A stretch of DNA of 64,000 bases from Alphaproteobacteria bacterium (GTDB lineage Bacteria > Pseudomonadota > Alphaproteobacteria > UBA7887). A model generated the notes under the pieces. It was not told the DNA's origin and made no database searches. It saw only the letters and a list, made by a program, of their open reading frames with translations. The stretch lies in the NCBI GenBank assembly GCA_965216755.1, contig CBDCGL010000011.1:4768001-4832000 (forward strand), read 5' to 3'. The number at the start of each line of letters is the position of its first letter. Position 1 is the stretch's first letter. Made by a program: the position numbers and the translations under genes. Below, piece after piece: positions 1 to 8,430 of the stretch.

Positions 1-866
1 TGAAGTTTCTGCATTAAGCCTGCGGTCATCGACGCGCCGGCAAATCCCAACTTACGGACACTGGTGATGTCACTTTCGGCAAACGCCGGGTCTTCGATCA
101 GGTCGTGATAGAGCGTCGGCACGAGGTATAGATGGGTAACATGTTCTTGAGCGATAAGCCGGAGCGCCGTCGTCGAGTCAAAACGTGGCTGGCAAATGTA
201 GACACCGTTGGTCAGCGCCATCGACAGCAACGTACGCACACCCATGGTGTGGTAGAGGGGCATCACGCCTAAGGCGCATTCACCAAATCCATAACGGTTT
301 TGGGCGATATGGGCGATGGCTGCGGCGCGCTCCGCGCCGTGAGTGCGCGGCACACCCTTGCCGGGCCCCGTCGTGCCGGATGTGTATAGCATCAGCGACA
401 CTTCGTCGGCTGTCGCTTGGGGCGTGACGAGCGGCTTCGAGTCCAGCAACAAGTCAAAAGACACGGCATCGTGTGCATCTTGGTCGACCGCGATCCGCCG
501 GAGGCGCAGTGCCTGCGCGGTGCTTGTGACGGACGCCGCTGACGAATGGTCGAACGCCACGCCGCGCGCAGCCGAATCGCGCAGCAAAACCGCCAGGTCA
601 TCGCCTTTCAGCCGCCAATTGAGCGGCGTGATGATTACACCGCAAATTTGGCACGCCCAGTGTAACGTGGCCATTTGCCAATTATTTTGCATGACAACAG
701 CCAAGCGATCGCCCTTCTTAAGGCCGAGCGCCGCCAAGCCCCCGGCGACCGTCGTTATGCGTTGAAACCAATTTTCATAGGTCAGGCGTACATCACCGTC
801 GACCAGGGCCAAGGCGCCCGGATGACGCTCGACCGAAGCCAAGAAGCTGTGGCCGAGATCAAACAT
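1..866 (-). CDS. hmfD: 2-furoate--CoA ligase (AMP-dependent acyl-CoA synthetase), 3'-truncated by window edge
   Basis: Not in ORF track. Manual translation from ATG at 866: MFDLGHSFLASVERHPGALALVDGDVRLTY...QNNWQMATLHWACQ...PLNWR...GVMPLYHTMGVRTLLSMAL...HLYLVPTLYHDL...LGFAGASMT, matching HmfD as I recall it; start overlaps the hmfC stop. Confidence 0.85.
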   Translation of the reverse strand, partial: MFDLGHSFLASVERHPGALALVDGDVRLTYENWFQRITTVAGGLAALGLKKGDRLAVVMQNNWQMATLHWACQICGVIITPLNWRLKGDDLAVLLRDSAARGVAFDHSSAASVTSTAQALRLRRIAVDQDAHDAVSFDLLLDSKPLVTPQATADEVSLMLYTSGTTGPGKGVPRTHGAERAAAIAHIAQNRYGFGECALGVMPLYHTMGVRTLLSMALTNGVYICQPRFDSTTALRLIAQEHVTHLYLVPTLYHDLIEDPAFAESDITSVRKLGFAGASMTAGLMQKL

Positions 867-1365
867 TGTCGTTGACTTTGTTGTCGGCGGCGCACGCCAT
901 CGCGGCGTCGACGATCGGTGCGTAGCCAGTGCAGCGGCACAGATGGCCACTCAGGACATCTCGGATTGCTGTTTCATCCGGGCAGGCGTTGCGCGCGAAC
1001 AGGTCCGAAAATGACATGAGAATCCCGGCTGTGCAGTAGCCGCATTGCAGGGCGTGGTGGGTGCGAAACGCTTCTTGAAGCGGGGTCAACTTGCTGGGAT
1101 TGTCGGCGAGGCCCTCAACCGTCTCGATTGTGCAGCCGTCCGCTTGCACGGCGAGCATTAGGCATGAGCGGACTGCTTGGCCATCAACACGCACGGTGCA
1201 GGCCCCACAGACACCGTGCTCACAACCGACATGCGTGCCCGTGGCGCCAAGCGTGTGGCGCAAAAAATCGGATAGCAATAAGCGCGGCTCGGCCGCGGCC
1301 GTCACGGACCTGCCATTTAGGATGAAGCGCACGCGGTGGTATGCATCGTGCTTCAGTTCACGCAT
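859..1365 (-). CDS. hmfC: 2-furoyl-CoA dehydrogenase 2Fe-2S subunit (CoxS family)
   Basis: GTHVGCEHGVCGACTV, QCGYCTAG and HLCRCTGY motifs; operon position. Confidence 0.85.
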   Translation of the reverse strand: MRELKHDAYHRVRFILNGRSVTAAAEPRLLLSDFLRHTLGATGTHVGCEHGVCGACTVRVDGQAVRSCLMLAVQADGCTIETVEGLADNPSKLTPLQEAFRTHHALQCGYCTAGILMSFSDLFARNACPDETAIRDVLSGHLCRCTGYAPIVDAAMACAADNKVNDNV

Positions 1366-2177
1366 GATGCCGCTCTCTCGATCACACGCTGGCCCAAGCG
1401 GCGAATCAAATGGCGCTTGTAGCGCGCTTGTTCATCTCTGCTCTGCGGCAGCAGCCGCCAGGCGAGTTCGTTCAGATGATCGGACGTGTCCGAATTTGGA
1501 CCTTTCGGAAAAGTAAGACACGTCGGTCGATCAGCGGCGCCGGCAACGGTCATGCGCACGCGGGTGGGATCGACCACCGCCGCGACAGCGATGGTGGCAT
1601 AGTCACCATGACGCAAGCCAACTTCGTCGAAGGCGTAGCCGGTGTCGGGTTTGGCGCACGGAAAAGAAACGGATTCGACTATTTCGTCGTCACGACAAGC
1701 TGTTTGCAGGGCGCCCTGGAAGAAGTCACGCGCCGCGACCGATCGACGTCCCTGTGTCGAAAGCAGATTCACGGTTCCGTCAAGAGCGGTGAGACACAGC
1801 GGTAATTCCGCCGTCGGATCGGCATGGGCAATGGATCCGCATACCGTCCCGCGCGCCCGTGTTTGCGGGTGGCCGACGAATGGCAGAGATTGGGAAATCA
1901 AAGGCACAGCTTGACTTAGACCGGCGTAATCCAGTAACTCCCTTTGTTTTACGATACACGTAACATGCAATCGGCTTTCAGATTGCCAAATAGAACGGTT
2001 GCTATCTATAGCGGAAATATCTATTAGGTAACTTGAGGATAATAGACGCATATTCAGCATCGCTATAAGTGTTTGTCCACCAGATAGGATACGAGCGTCC
2101 ATTCCATAGTTGGATAATAAATTGGCGGCTTCATCAAGATTGTCTACCCGAATATAGGAAATGGGCGGCGGCTTCAT
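1353..2177 (-). CDS. hmfB: 2-furoyl-CoA dehydrogenase FAD-binding subunit (CoxM family)
   Basis: MKPPP start with ATGA overlap on hmfA stop; SGGQTLIAMLNMR and RARGTVCGSIAHADPTAELP motifs. Confidence 0.85.
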   Translation of the reverse strand: MKPPPISYIRVDNLDEAANLLSNYGMDARILSGGQTLIAMLNMRLLSSSYLIDISAIDSNRSIWQSESRLHVTCIVKQRELLDYAGLSQAVPLISQSLPFVGHPQTRARGTVCGSIAHADPTAELPLCLTALDGTVNLLSTQGRRSVAARDFFQGALQTACRDDEIVESVSFPCAKPDTGYAFDEVGLRHGDYATIAVAAVVDPTRVRMTVAGAADRPTCLTFPKGPNSDTSDHLNELAWRLLPQSRDEQARYKRHLIRRLGQRVIERAASCVN

Positions 2178-5161
2178 GTTTCTAGCCCCAGCCATTTGCG
2201 TATACGAGACCACCAGGATCGACTCAGTCGCTTTTGCTGTTCATCGGTGGCGGTCAAACGCGCAAACGTCGCGGCGACGAGATGATCGGCCGCGTTTTGC
2301 AACATGCGACCTCCGACCGCTGCAATTCGTCCTCCGATATTCGTCTCGTACTCGTAAGCGACACGCGTTCCCGTGGGTATCGGCGTCAAACGAATTCGGG
2401 CGACACCATGCGCAGACCCAAGGGCCCCCGAGATATCTCCTGAAAGAGTCAGGGCGCGAGGCGAATCGAGGTCAGTGAGACGAATATCGCCGGAGAAACG
2501 ACCACGCACCGGGCCCAGTCCCAATGCAGCCTCACCCTGGTAGTGGGTTTCGCTCAAGCGTTCAAGGTGGCGGCAACCAGGAATTGCCGCGCGAAGCGCG
2601 TCGGGCGATAGCATACGTTGCCATAGAGAATTCGGCTCCGAGGCGACATCGATCGTGCCGTTGCCTCGAAGTCCGCCTGCGGTTGCGCTTGGGTCGGAAG
2701 TGTCTGGCGCCGTTGTCGTTAGCGACTGTGGTGCTGCCGGTTCAGTGTCGTTGAGCAGAGCGATGACCCGTTGCGGTGTCAATGGGAGCACGATATCCTC
2801 CACACTCAGCGCGTCGGCAACCGCGTTGGCAAGGCAAACCGGTGTCGACATGGAATTGCCTTCACCAATCCCCTTGGCGCCAAGCGGCGTGACGGGCGAG
2901 GGCGTCTCGGTATGGATAATCTCAGGACGTGGTATTTCGTGTACCGTCGGCACCGCATAATCTGCGAACGTTCCTGATTGAAAGCTTCCATCGGGAAGAT
3001 AGCGAAACTCCTCGTATAGCGCCGCACCAACGGCCTGTGCAAATCCGCCGCGAATTTGGCCGTCGGCCATGGCTGGGTGTAGCAGCCGACCGGCATCATG
3101 GGTGGTCACATAGCGGTCAACATGAACGCGACCAGTATCTCGATCGATCTCAACGCCACAAAAGTCGAAAATGAACCCATAGGCAGCCGAGCTATTGATC
3201 TCGTCGTCGGCGGTGGGCGCGGTGAGTTCGGGCGGTGACCAGAACGCGGTTTCCCGAAGGGCCGGTACGTTTTCCTCCGGCAACGTGCCAGGGGCCCAAT
3301 GGCTGGTGCCAGCGACGCGATGAAAGGGTACTGCATTGGATGGATTGCCCGCGGCATAGACTTTGCCGTCGGCGTAGCGGACCGCGCTGGCATCGATATT
3401 CAACGATGCCGCAGCAATACGGGAGATTTTGTCGCGCAGACGGATCGCGGCCAGATGGACGGTGCCGGCGACCGCCGGCGCAAAACGACTGGAATAATTG
3501 CCGGCGGCGATCGACCAGGCGTCCTTGGTCGTGTCGAATTCCAGGTTGACGGTGACCTGCTCAGGGGCAAGGCCGAACGTATCTGCAACAATTTGTGCGC
3601 ATACGGTTGCGTGACCCTGGCCTTGGGGGGTCGATGCCGTGGTTACGGCCAAACCACCAAGTGGATCGACGGCAATTGTGGCGCAGGCATAAGCACCGTT
3701 TTTTGGACCGGCGCGACGACGTTCCTCGGCCGTCAGCACCGTCGTGATGTAGCCCATGTTGGAAACGCTGGGCTCGACAATCGCTGCATAACCGATTCCA
3801 TAGAGCCGCCCCGCGGCGCGCGCGACGTCACGCTTCTGCAGCAGCGCGGCCAAATCGCCGTCGCGCTCACCTTGCGCGACCGTGTTGAGGAAATCGCCGG
3901 AGTCGAGGCGTGCGCCCGACGGCGTCTGATATGGAAAGCGATCGGTGGGAACCAGATTGCGGCGCACAACGGTGAGCGGATCAAGCCCAAGCGTGGCCGC
4001 AATCTTTTGCACAAGCCGCTCCAAGGCGAAATAAAGTTGCGGTCCCCCGAAGCCGCGGTTCAGACCGCTCGGTGTCTTATTGGTAAGAACGACTCTGTTA
4101 CGAACACGAATATGACGCACGGCATAGGCGCCCGAAAGATTCCCGTGCATACGATAAAGTGAGGCCGGTTCGGGCGCGCGCAAGTAGGCGCCACAATCGT
4201 CGAGCTGATCATAGTTCAACGCTGTGATGGTGCCGTCGGCCGTGACCGCGGCGGCGAGTGTCGTGACGCGGTTGGTGGCGGTATTCGCGGCCATCAGATG
4301 TTCGAGGCGATCTTCAACCCATTTGACCGGCCGTCGAATGATCCGCGCTGCAAGTGCGGCGGCGACGATATAGGGAAAGACGCCTTGCTTGACGCCGAAA
4401 CTGCCCCCGGACGCGGGCGGCGTGCGCAGCCGGAGTTTGTTGCTGGGCACCTTTAAGGCCATCGCCATGACGGGATGCAGAGCGAATGGTCCCTGAAAGT
4501 TTGAAACCACGTCATAGCCGTCATTCACAACATCATATTCCGCGTTCACGAAGAAACCTTCGATAGGCGTACAGCTGTTGCGCGGATAGCGGACCGTGAT
4601 GGCGATTTGATGGTCGGCGTCAGTGAACGCTTGATCCGGATCCCCATGAACGAACCGGCGATCGGATACCACATTGGTGCTCACGTCGTCATGCAATAGC
4701 GGCGCGTCGTCTGCCGCGGCCGCTTCCGGGTCGATAACGACAGAGCGCGGCGTATAGGTCACGCGCAGTTCTTCGGCCGCGTCCTCTGCCGCATAGCGAT
4801 TTTCCGCCAGCACTATCGCAACCGGTTCGCCGACATAGCGAACCCGATCCATAGCGAGGCACCAATGGTGCATTGGCTGCTTGACGCCGACCACGAACGG
4901 CTTGCTCAGCGGGGCGATGTCGTCCCCGGTAATGACGGCGATGACGCCGGGGCAGGCGCGGGCAGCGCTGCAGTCGATGGCGTCAATGTCGGCATGAGCA
5001 TGGGGGGCGCGCGCAAACACCGCGTGGGCGGTGTCCGCACGCACCGGTAAATCGTCGCCGAACCGCGCCCGCCCGGTAAGAAGACCAAGATCTTCGCGGC
5101 GAGCGACCGACCGGCCGAGCGCTCGCGGCCCTACACTCTCAGTTTCGGCGGATTCCACCAT
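2174..5161 (-). CDS. hmfA: 2-furoyl-CoA dehydrogenase large molybdopterin subunit with fused C-terminal CoxG/SRPBCC domain
   Basis: Xanthine-dehydrogenase-family motifs (GGSFGVK, SGLNRGFGGPQ, QGQGH, GAKGIGEG) plus C-terminal CoxG-like domain (LRAAIPGC...IGGRIAAVGGRML); followed by M, S and ligase genes. Start uncertain (5161 or 5200). Confidence 0.85.
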   Translation of the reverse strand: MVESAETESVGPRALGRSVARREDLGLLTGRARFGDDLPVRADTAHAVFARAPHAHADIDAIDCSAARACPGVIAVITGDDIAPLSKPFVVGVKQPMHHWCLAMDRVRYVGEPVAIVLAENRYAAEDAAEELRVTYTPRSVVIDPEAAAADDAPLLHDDVSTNVVSDRRFVHGDPDQAFTDADHQIAITVRYPRNSCTPIEGFFVNAEYDVVNDGYDVVSNFQGPFALHPVMAMALKVPSNKLRLRTPPASGGSFGVKQGVFPYIVAAALAARIIRRPVKWVEDRLEHLMAANTATNRVTTLAAAVTADGTITALNYDQLDDCGAYLRAPEPASLYRMHGNLSGAYAVRHIRVRNRVVLTNKTPSGLNRGFGGPQLYFALERLVQKIAATLGLDPLTVVRRNLVPTDRFPYQTPSGARLDSGDFLNTVAQGERDGDLAALLQKRDVARAAGRLYGIGYAAIVEPSVSNMGYITTVLTAEERRRAGPKNGAYACATIAVDPLGGLAVTTASTPQGQGHATVCAQIVADTFGLAPEQVTVNLEFDTTKDAWSIAAGNYSSRFAPAVAGTVHLAAIRLRDKISRIAAASLNIDASAVRYADGKVYAAGNPSNAVPFHRVAGTSHWAPGTLPEENVPALRETAFWSPPELTAPTADDEINSSAAYGFIFDFCGVEIDRDTGRVHVDRYVTTHDAGRLLHPAMADGQIRGGFAQAVGAALYEEFRYLPDGSFQSGTFADYAVPTVHEIPRPEIIHTETPSPVTPLGAKGIGEGNSMSTPVCLANAVADALSVEDIVLPLTPQRVIALLNDTEPAAPQSLTTTAPDTSDPSATAGGLRGNGTIDVASEPNSLWQRMLSPDALRAAIPGCRHLERLSETHYQGEAALGLGPVRGRFSGDIRLTDLDSPRALTLSGDISGALGSAHGVARIRLTPIPTGTRVAYEYETNIGGRIAAVGGRMLQNAADHLVAATFARLTATDEQQKRLSRSWWSRIRKWLGLET

Positions 5162-5544
5162 GATTGTTTTCCGGGCAGGTGGGGGTCGATTGTTAGCCAA
5201 GGGAGCTTCTCGGACAGGAAGTTGTGCCGAATGGCCGGCGTTTCGGTCGGGTTGTCCAAGCAGCCAACATGGATGACGACTTCATCCGGCCGCTCGTCAA
5301 ACCGAAATGTCAGCGCGCTACCGCATTTGCGACAAAAACCGCGCGTTGCAAAGTCGGTGACCCTGATCGTGCTGATCGCGTTGCCTTGCCACGTCACGTT
5401 TTTGGTGTCAAAAGCCGCCAAGGTGGCGACGGCGGCGCCCGTGGCTTTTCGACATTGTAAGCAGTGGCAATGAGAAACACGCTTGGGCTTCTGCGCAATC
5501 GCCACGCGGATTGCGCCGCACAAACAGCCGCCCTCAAACGTCAT
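5131..5544 (-). CDS. GFA family (CENP-V/GFA) Zn-binding protein
   Basis: GGCLCGAIR, CHCLQCRK, RGFCRKCGS; RBS GAGGAGG upstream of ATG 5544. Confidence 0.85.
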   Translation of the reverse strand: MTFEGGCLCGAIRVAIAQKPKRVSHCHCLQCRKATGAAVATLAAFDTKNVTWQGNAISTIRVTDFATRGFCRKCGSALTFRFDERPDEVVIHVGCLDNPTETPAIRHNFLSEKLPWLTIDPHLPGKQSWWNPPKLRV

Positions 5545-5836
5545 GTCCACCCTCCTCAGCGTATGCGGCAGTCGTTCGTTCGACGCACAATATCTTGTTC
5601 GGTTCCGTCGTCGAGAAATGAATTGAAATGCCGGGTGAGTCGCCGAGCGACGCACAGAAAAGACAACGAAAAATGTGCTCGATTCTGCCAACGGCGCGGG
5701 TCCGCCGCCGCCACGATGCGGCGATGGTGGTGCAAATCAGCCAAATGGTTGATTTCCAACGGATATGGGTACAAAAATAGGATGTCATCGCGTCTTGGAT
5801 GGGGCGATGTTATGTGTGCGCTGTATCGGATGCGAC

Positions 5837-7285
5837 GTGACGGATATTGATACGACCAAAAGGACACGAGCGGTCAAGCTGCTAATTGGCGCGTGTATGG
5901 GACTGCTCGTACTTGGATGCGCAAAGCACAGCTATGTGCCAGAGCCGGTAGATGTAGTTGATATTGTTGGTCTATTTGGCGAAAGGTCACTGGAAAACGC
6001 GGATCTGCAAGGGTTCATGGCCGACCATGGTGCCGGGGACGATCACTGGCCCAAGGGAAGTTGGGACCTCTCGGCATTGACGTTGGCCGCAATCTATTAT
6101 GATCCCGAACTGTCGGTGGCGCGGGCCGCTTGGCAGGCCGAGCGCGCAGCGGAGATCACGGCCGGGCAGAGATCCAATCCGAATGTCAGCCCGGAAGTCG
6201 CCTATAGTGGCGACACGGCACCGCGCGAGGATTCGCCCTGGAGCGCCGGCTTCGTTGTGTCGGTCCCGGTGCCCTGGGCGGACAAGCGCACGCCGCGCAT
6301 AGACCGTGCGCTGGCGCGTGCCGAACAGGCACGTTTCGAGGTGGCTGCAACCGCTTGGCGCGCGCGCCAACGCGTACGCCGCGCCATGCTTTCTTGTTAT
6401 GAAGCTGAACGAAATCACGAGCTATTGAGGGAGGAACTGGACCGTCAAGAGGCGGAGTTGGCGGTTTATCAGGCTTTGCAGAGTGCCGGCGAGATTGGTT
6501 TGGCGCTAGTCGCCGAGGCGCGCGGACGGCGCCACGAAATCGCCTTGGCGTTGGCGGAGACCGACGGGGCGCGACAGACATGTCGGGCTCGACTGGCCGA
6601 TGCACTGGCGGTGCCGTTTCCGGTGACCCGGGATCTGACGTTGGATTTTGACTCGTTTGTATCTCAGCCGGACCTAGTCGGGCGCAATGATCTGCGGCAA
6701 CGCTCGCTGATCAACCGTCTCGATGTGCGCGGTGCCGTTGCCGGCTATCGCGCCGCCGAAGCGGCATTGCGCCTTGAGATTGCACATCAATATCCGGATT
6801 TGACTTTCTCGCCGGGGATCTTGTGGGACCAGGGCAGCCTGGTCTGGAGCCTTGGGGCGACGGTTTGGCTTGCCATTGCGAATCGTAATGAAGGACCCAT
6901 AGCGGAAGCAGAGGCGGCGCGCCGTCTCGCCGCCGAAAAACTGGCGGCTACGCAAACACGGGCGCTGACCGACCTGTCGACCACCAGCGAAGCGTATCGC
7001 GCCGCAATCCGAACTGCGTCCAATGCCGCGAATTTGGTGTCTGAAGCGCGCGACAGGCGTGGCGCGGTTGAGAAACGGTTCGCGCATGGCGATGTGAGTC
7101 AACTTGAGCGCATTCGCGCCGACCTTGAACTGATTCGAGCGCGACGGGCACAACTGGAAAAGGACATTGCGGTGATCCACGCGTTGGGCGCGCTGGAAGA
7201 CGTTGTTCAAAAGCCGCTGAACGGCGACCCGCAGATCCCGGGCGAACTTGAAAATGCGCTGACGGCGTCGGTGCTGGGCCAATGA
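5837..7285 (+). CDS. TolC-family outer membrane efflux lipoprotein
   Basis: Lipobox LVLGC, OEP-repeat coiled coils, QYPDLTFSPG...NRNEGPIAEA; first gene of an RND operon. Start uncertain. Confidence 0.85.
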   Translation: MTDIDTTKRTRAVKLLIGACMGLLVLGCAKHSYVPEPVDVVDIVGLFGERSLENADLQGFMADHGAGDDHWPKGSWDLSALTLAAIYYDPELSVARAAWQAERAAEITAGQRSNPNVSPEVAYSGDTAPREDSPWSAGFVVSVPVPWADKRTPRIDRALARAEQARFEVAATAWRARQRVRRAMLSCYEAERNHELLREELDRQEAELAVYQALQSAGEIGLALVAEARGRRHEIALALAETDGARQTCRARLADALAVPFPVTRDLTLDFDSFVSQPDLVGRNDLRQRSLINRLDVRGAVAGYRAAEAALRLEIAHQYPDLTFSPGILWDQGSLVWSLGATVWLAIANRNEGPIAEAEAARRLAAEKLAATQTRALTDLSTTSEAYRAAIRTASNAANLVSEARDRRGAVEKRFAHGDVSQLERIRADLELIRARRAQLEKDIAVIHALGALEDVVQKPLNGDPQIPGELENALTASVLGQ

Positions 7286-8427
7286 TCAAGTCGCGGCTGT
7301 CATGGCTGGCCTTGCCGATTGTCGCCGCCGTTGGCTTTGGCCTGGTCTGGTTCTGGTTCGGCGATTTCGATCGCGATATGCCTATCCACCCCGTCGCGGG
7401 CGAACGCACCGATCTGTCGGGTGCGGCGCTGGCCGACGACGATGACGACGATCCTTCTGCACAGGCTCTCGGCGATGATGATGACGACGATGACCGGCCC
7501 CAGCGCATCGAAGTGGTCGACGGCGTTGTCACCGTGGCGCTTGATGCGGCGACCCAAACACTTGGCGGTGTTCAGAGCAAGATCTTGGCGCCCGCCGACT
7601 ATATTGCCGAAGATTTGGGCTGGGGGCGGGTCATCAATTTGGATTCGCTTTTTGCACTACGGGCCGATTATGTGGCCCACGCGTACCAAGCTCGGACCGT
7701 CGAGGCCCAGCTGGCATATGCCGAGACGGAATACGCACGGCTGAAGGCCCTTTATGAAGACGATGCCAACATCGCCATGAAACAAGTGATGGAGGCCCAA
7801 GCATCGCAAACCATGTTGGTGGCCGAAAGAGACCGCCTGTGGTCGATACTCAATGCGACGCGCGATCGCGCGACGCAAAACTGGGGCAAGACCATTGCCG
7901 AATGGGCGCTTGGTAGTGAATCAGAGGTTTGGCGTAAGTTGGCGCGCCGGAGCCATGTGCTGGTTCGCGCGACGTTTCCCACCGTTGGAAGCGCCGCACG
8001 CGATTCGCGTGGGGCCGAAGCGGCTCCGGCCGGTCGTCGGGACTTGGTCCGCGAGGCCGTATTCATTTCAGAGGCGGTCGATAGTGATCCGCAACTGCCT
8101 GGCGAAACGTACTACTACTTGGTTGAAGCAGACCGTCTGCGCACCGGAATGCCGATCGATATTTGGATAGCGCGAACAGATAAACGCCGAGAAGGCACGA
8201 TTGTTCCAGAATCGGCCGTAGTGTGGTCACTCGGCCAGGCGTGGGCGTACGTCAAGATCGATCCGGAGCGTTTCGCCCGGCGCCCTGTGACAACACGGGA
8301 CAGGGTTGGCGATGGCTGGTTTGTCGAGGCGGGATTAGCGCCTGGCGAGGCGATTGTCGTCGATGGCGCACAGACATTGTTTGCCGAAGAATTCCGTTGG
8401 CAGATCCAAGACGAAGACGCGGACTAG
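7282..8427 (+). CDS. RND efflux periplasmic adaptor (MFP) with poly-Asp tracts
   Basis: N-terminal TM; C-terminal VPESAVVW...FARRPV...GLAPGEAIVVDGAQ; ATGA overlap with TolC gene. Confidence 0.85.
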   Translation: MIKSRLSWLALPIVAAVGFGLVWFWFGDFDRDMPIHPVAGERTDLSGAALADDDDDDPSAQALGDDDDDDDRPQRIEVVDGVVTVALDAATQTLGGVQSKILAPADYIAEDLGWGRVINLDSLFALRADYVAHAYQARTVEAQLAYAETEYARLKALYEDDANIAMKQVMEAQASQTMLVAERDRLWSILNATRDRATQNWGKTIAEWALGSESEVWRKLARRSHVLVRATFPTVGSAARDSRGAEAAPAGRRDLVREAVFISEAVDSDPQLPGETYYYLVEADRLRTGMPIDIWIARTDKRREGTIVPESAVVWSLGQAWAYVKIDPERFARRPVTTRDRVGDGWFVEAGLAPGEAIVVDGAQTLFAEEFRWQIQDEDAD

Positions 8428-8430
8428 GGC

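Noticed and set aside
3299-4162. Long antisense ORFs (also 16052-16825, 16832-17590, 19034-19762, 22864-23598, 40595-41374, 54219-55034)
   Set aside because: Shadows of well-supported genes in high-GC DNA, with no recognisable motifs.
2174-5200. Aerobic CO dehydrogenase (coxL) call
   Set aside because: The active-site loop reads LNRGFGG rather than AYxCSFR, and the HmfD-like ligase follows.
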